Source of the DNA: an uncultured virus (IMG/VR IMGVR_UViG_3300032007_000064)
Lineage: Duplodnaviria > Heunggongvirae > Uroviricota > Caudoviricetes
Length of the DNA stretch: 20,000 nt
IMG/VR virus record: IMGVR_UViG_3300032007_000064
Reading direction: 5' to 3' (one strand)
In this document: piece by piece, positions 16,584 to 20,000 of the stretch
Position numbering within the stretch: the stretch's first letter is position 1
Layout: each line of letters begins with the position of its first letter
Position numbers and translations under genes: made by a program
Notes under the pieces: generated by a model
Told to the model about the DNA's origin: nothing
The model's database searches: none
Seen by the model: only the letters and a program-made list of their open reading frames with translations

Positions 16584-16781
16584 ACCATGTAATGATGATT
16601 AATCACATACTTTTTAGTATTGATTGCTCCTAGTCGTAGGCGGGAGTACAACAGCGCGAGGATTTCTTTTAAAATTTTGCTACATAAACTTCTGCAAGCA
16701 TAAGTTTATTCCGCAAGATCTTAAAAGATGAGATTGCGTATTACGATGTCAACATTAGGCATCGCATACGGATTACATGGT
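16584..16781 (+). ncRNA. Retron-like msr-msd ncRNA no. 3
   Basis: Perfect 10-bp ACCATGTAAT 16584-16593 / ATTACATGGT 16772-16781; candidate branch G16594; U-loop hairpin; GCTCCT-AGTCGTAGGC-GGGAGT 16626-16647; long msd-like hairpin 16665-16728. Confidence 0.7.
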
Positions 16782-16815
16782 TCGTAACTAATTAACAAAA
16801 TTTGCGGAGGTTTCA

Positions 16816-16956
16816 ATGAGTAAACGCAGCGGAAAACAAACTGAATATGCAAGATTTAAACGTGCTATGGCGAGGCTTGAAGCGAGACTGGAAAAACAGA
16901 GACATGAGGAAACACAGAAACAATCAACAACCAACAAAGGGGAAAGTCGGGGGTAA
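16816..16956 (+). CDS. Small basic protein (46 aa, not in the ORF track)
   Basis: GGAGG RBS; MSKRSGKQTEYARFKRAMARLEARLEK...SRG*. Confidence 0.6.
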   Translation: MSKRSGKQTEYARFKRAMARLEARLEKQRHEETQKQSTTNKGESRG

Positions 16957-16960
16957 AACA

Positions 16961-17527
16961 ATGCATAAATTTAAAGACATTGAAGGTGTGCGTTTTGGAA
17001 AACTTGTTGTTCTTCAGAATAGAGGGTCCAAAAATGGAACAGCAGTATGCCAGTGTGACTGTGGTAATACAATTGAGGTGCGTCGTGATAACTTGTTTTC
17101 CGGCCATACAAAATCATGCGGATGTATAAAGGCAAGAAGACACAAAATGAACAAACCTGTAGTTGATCTGGCAACGGAAGAAGAACAGCTTGAAGAGATG
17201 ATCAACACTCCATTTGAGAACAGACGTAGATTATCCAGCATTAATAAGAAATATCATACGTCATATAAGCTTCGTAATAAACCGAAGACAAGCAAACGGA
17301 ATTCCAGTGGATATACCGGGGTTTTCTGGGATAAAAAGGCTAGAAGATGGAAAGCGTCTATCGCCTTTAGAGGAAAATACATATATCTTGGCTCTTTTAT
17401 TATCTTTGATGATGCTGTACAGAAGAGAAAAGAGGTAGAAGAAGAACTCTTTGCACCGGCAATTGAGGTTGTAAAAAAATACAGCAAAAAATCAATGAAA
17501 TGTGTTGACAATCAGACCGTGGCGTGA
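16961..17527 (+). CDS. AP2-domain DNA-binding protein with N-terminal Cys-rich module (homing-endonuclease related)
   Basis: RFGKLVV...CQCDCGN...SCGC, plus NSSGYTGV.WDKKARRWKASI...YLGSF...A...R AP2 signature. Confidence 0.8.
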   Translation: MHKFKDIEGVRFGKLVVLQNRGSKNGTAVCQCDCGNTIEVRRDNLFSGHTKSCGCIKARRHKMNKPVVDLATEEEQLEEMINTPFENRRRLSSINKKYHTSYKLRNKPKTSKRNSSGYTGVFWDKKARRWKASIAFRGKYIYLGSFIIFDDAVQKRKEVEEELFAPAIEVVKKYSKKSMKCVDNQTVA

Positions 17528-17559
17528 TATTATAATAGCAGATCAATACATTTTAATGA
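17492..17559 (+). promoter_or_regulatory. Sigma-A-type promoter sharing flanking motifs with the 9750 promoter
   Basis: TTGACA 17505-17510, 17 bp, TGnTATTAT (-10 at 17528-17533); TCAATGAAATGTGTTGACAA and TCAATACATTTTAATGA 17543-17559. Confidence 0.75.
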
Positions 17560-17573
17560 AAGGAAGTGTCCAG

Positions 17574-18209
17574 ATGAACCTTAAAGAAGCCTTTAGATAC
17601 CAGAATTTCTTAGACGGACTGTGTGACTCTGCAACATGTTTCATGCTTGATGAGGAACACTGCCAGAAAACCACTAAACATCATCATATGCACGATGTAA
17701 ACCCCGACGTTGAAGATAAAATCGAGGAAGTGCAAAGAGATGATGCGCCATCTATCGACCTCGTTATACAGTTTGCAAAAACTTTGATCTATGAAAAACT
17801 GAAACTTACAAACGCAATTGAGGATGCTAAACGGGCAATTCCGTTTGGAATCGAATCCGCAATTGCATCAAACAAATTCAGGCAGCGTGTTCATAATTCA
17901 TTAAGGATTATGATGGAGTGTAAGCCTGGAATTAAAAAGGGAACTGCAAGCGCATTCAAGTTTAATAATGAGGGAAATCAAACGCCTTATTATTACAACG
18001 TTGATATCGAAACCGAAGACACATACGACCGTGAGAATGCAAAAGCATTCATGCGGGAATGTATTATCGAAGCCGATAAAATATCTAATGATATTGATTC
18101 TGTAATGATAAACACCGAGGTTTCGTATGATGCGCCGTGGGATGTGAACGATAACTTCCTTGAAGTAATCGCACAGTTTGGCCATACATTAGACAAGCTT
18201 ATCGCATGA
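17574..18209 (+). CDS. Helical hypothetical protein, possibly DIP1984-like
   Basis: MNLKEA start, EKLKLTNAI, and EADKISNDIDSVMINTEV near the end resemble the DIP1984-family layout (by eye only); own promoter and GAAAGG RBS. Confidence 0.6.
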   Translation: MNLKEAFRYQNFLDGLCDSATCFMLDEEHCQKTTKHHHMHDVNPDVEDKIEEVQRDDAPSIDLVIQFAKTLIYEKLKLTNAIEDAKRAIPFGIESAIASNKFRQRVHNSLRIMMECKPGIKKGTASAFKFNNEGNQTPYYYNVDIETEDTYDRENAKAFMRECIIEADKISNDIDSVMINTEVSYDAPWDVNDNFLEVIAQFGHTLDKLIA

Positions 18210-18218
18210 TAAGAAATA

Positions 18219-18613
18219 TCTTCGGCCATTCTGTTCAGATGGTAAGATTGTTTGTCACGCATTTTTACTGTACGACATGAACATCAGTAATTTCATTCGT
18301 GGTAACACGCACGGAATTCGGGAATGTGAATGTTAAAGTTAGTATTGAAGATCCGTTTTTGGATTTTAGGTACATAGATTGATCTACTTGGTCAAGATTG
18401 GTTATGAGCATCAGTCGTTTCGCCAAACGTGCCACGCCAATTACGCTATACAATATTCGCCATATTGTACTTCGCAAATCGAGAGTCAATTCTTCAACCG
18501 TAAGTAATTATGCCAGAGGTATAAATTTGTGTTTATACAAAATTCTGTTATATAAATATATAAACAGTGGAATGTTTGAAAACACCTTATCATCTGTATA
18601 GAGTGGCCGAGGA
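18219..18613 (+). ncRNA. Putative ~395-nt structured RNA closed by a long terminal stem
   Basis: TCTTCGGCCATTCT-gtt-CAGATGGTAAG 18219-18246 pairs with CTTATCATCTG-tat-AGAGTGGCCGAGGA 18586-18613 (25 bp including GU); no credible CDS inside. Confidence 0.55.
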
Positions 18614-18617
18614 ATGT

Positions 18618-18743
18618 GCTGCGGAAACGGTTAGCTTCGTGAGGTTCTCCTTTCGCAAATATAACAACCCCCCGCATAATTATGGTTTCTCCATATATAT
18701 CACACAACAATAGAAGCTTGGGGTTCGAGTCCCCACCGCAGCA
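18618..18743 (+). ncRNA. tRNA-like RNA with a large pyrimidine-rich insert
   Basis: Acceptor GCTGCGG/CCGCAGC+A; AGCTTC/GAAGCT stem; T arm TGGGG-TTCGAGT-CCCCA. Confidence 0.6.
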
Positions 18744-18944
18744 ATCTGACATTATTTATTTCATGGGTATTTCACATATGCTTAAAATCAGAAGCAACAG
18801 CAATAGCATCTGTCCAAGAATAAGAATGAGCATAAGTACTAGTATAAGTATAAGGAATTGAAGTTCAAATACAATAAACTATGTTTAAGCATATAGTTAA
18901 AGGGATGTGAAATGGCGTGTAATTGGTGGGAATTACACGTAGTT

Positions 18945-19017
18945 GGGTGTTTAGTTCAGTGGTCAGAACGCTTGGCTGTTAACCAAGAAGTCGTTGGTTC
19001 AAATCCCACAGCGCCCT
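18945..19017 (+). tRNA. tRNA-Asn(GTT), slightly degenerate
   Basis: Cloverleaf; CTTGG-CTGTTAA-CCAAG anticodon arm; one T-stem mismatch, two GU pairs in the acceptor, T discriminator, no encoded CCA. Confidence 0.8.
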
Positions 19018-19323
19018 TCAAGGCGGCTGAAAGTTTGGAGTATCAGTACACTTTACAGACGAAAGCTGTGATGCCCCCAACAATTACAAATAAAAGCAGT
19101 GTAACAGTACAATGGTGTGCTGTAATATTAAGTGAAGGTTTTCGTCTGCTTTTTCCTTAACTGGTAATTTGTTAGAGAGTAATAGAGTTTGGACATCAGG
19201 CAGTAAGTAGCGTATATAAGTGTACTGAAAGTAGCCAATAAGTGAACGTGCTTGAAAGAATATGGTTCTGCCTTATAACAGGAAAATAAAATGTTCGTTT
19301 GATACGAGGAATAAACGGTAATT

Positions 19324-19635
19324 ATGTTTAACGTTGGTGATGTTGTAAAAATAAGAGATGATTTAAGTCAGGAAAATAAATATCATTTATATGTAAGTCA
19401 TAAAATGACAGAATACGCTGGGTGTACAGCAAGAGTAAAAAGAAAACATTCATCGGAAATACTTAAAATTAAATTTCCAGATTGTGCAGATCTATTTGAT
19501 TTTCCATATTGTATGTATGAATTAGATCTAGATGGTATCAACAGTTCTACTGTTTGGTCTGATGATATGCTGGAAGAAGTGAATGATTTTAGAAACGTGG
19601 AATATGAAACTGAGGAACTAAATAATTTATATTGA
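19324..19635 (+). CDS. Hypothetical protein with an FNVGDVVKI (KOW/SH3-like) start
   Basis: 103-aa ORF; GAGG upstream. Confidence 0.7.
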   Translation: MFNVGDVVKIRDDLSQENKYHLYVSHKMTEYAGCTARVKRKHSSEILKIKFPDCADLFDFPYCMYELDLDGINSSTVWSDDMLEEVNDFRNVEYETEELNNLY

Positions 19636-19649
19636 ATATAATTTTAAAT

Positions 19650-19721
19650 TGCCCCTTCGCCAAGCGGCAAGGCACAGCACTTTGACTGCTGTATACAGTG
19701 GTTCGAATCCACTAGGGGCAG
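19650..19721 (+). tRNA. tRNA-Gln(TTG)
   Basis: TGCCCCT/AGGGGCA+G; GCC-AAGCGGCAA-GGC; CAGCA-CTTTGAC-TGCTG; AGTGG-TTCGAAT-CCACT. Confidence 0.92.
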
Positions 19722-19838
19722 TATGAGCGGAAACGTATCTTATATTTGGAAAAATATGTGCATGTATTTTTCCAGGAAATATAGTGAGATGCATCTGCGT
19801 TGAAACTCAGAACGTATAAGTAGACGTACTTATACGAT

Positions 19839-19911
19839 AGCCAGTTAGCTCAGATGGAGAGAGCGCTGCAATCCGTTGCAGAGGTCATCGGTTCGACTCC
19901 GGTACTGGCAG
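19839..19911 (+). pseudogene. tRNA-like element with a collapsed anticodon loop
   Basis: Normal D arm GCTC/GAGC and T arm ATCGG-TTCGACT-CCGGT, but the anticodon arm is CTGCAA-TCCG-TTGCAG; A1:A72 mismatch. Confidence 0.65.
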
Positions 19912-20000
19912 TTCCTTGGACGCAAGGAAATTTGCGATAAAAGACGTTCATGTACTCGGCGGAGTGAAGATGTACGATTTCCGGACGCGGAAATCATCGC

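Noticed and set aside
14412..16752. Shared TTACGA(GA)TGTCAA in ncRNAs 1 and 3 (would read TTGACA in the RT-DNA)
   Set aside because: Short match, absent from ncRNA 2, and no properly spaced -10 box; may be chance
16961..17527. Intact HNH homing endonuclease
   Set aside because: No H-N-H catalytic motif is visible between the Cys module and the AP2 domain

Overview
Most likely a segment of a large phage (or prophage) of a low-GC Firmicute/Clostridia-like host. This is inferred from the gene content, strong AAAGGAG-type RBSs, sigma-A-type promoters, all credible genes lying on +, many tiny ORFs and tRNAs. 1-9.7 kb holds small hypothetical ORFs, an 81-bp tandem repeat, several tRNA-like RNAs and rtcB. 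From a TTGACA promoter at 9750 runs a prokaryotic ubiquitin-like conjugation module (Ubl, E2-like, JAB, acidic protein, E1/ThiF), directly followed by a retron-type ncRNA and a retron-like reverse transcriptase. The most striking feature is that this one RT has three retron-like ncRNAs: one upstream (14160-14481) and two in tandem downstream (16359-16576, 16584-16781). Each has its own terminal inverted repeat, a candidate branch G and the same AGUCGUAGGC-loop hairpin, but a different msd-like cargo. Between them lie three tRNA-Leu-like scaffolds whose anticodon arm is replaced by 49-93-nt inserts. The right end has an AP2-domain gene, a DIP1984-like gene followed by a ~395-nt RNA closed by a long stem, tRNA-Asn, tRNA-Gln and more tRNA mimics, two of which display anti-Shine-Dalgarno sequences. 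All family calls come from motif recognition by eye; no database searches were run.
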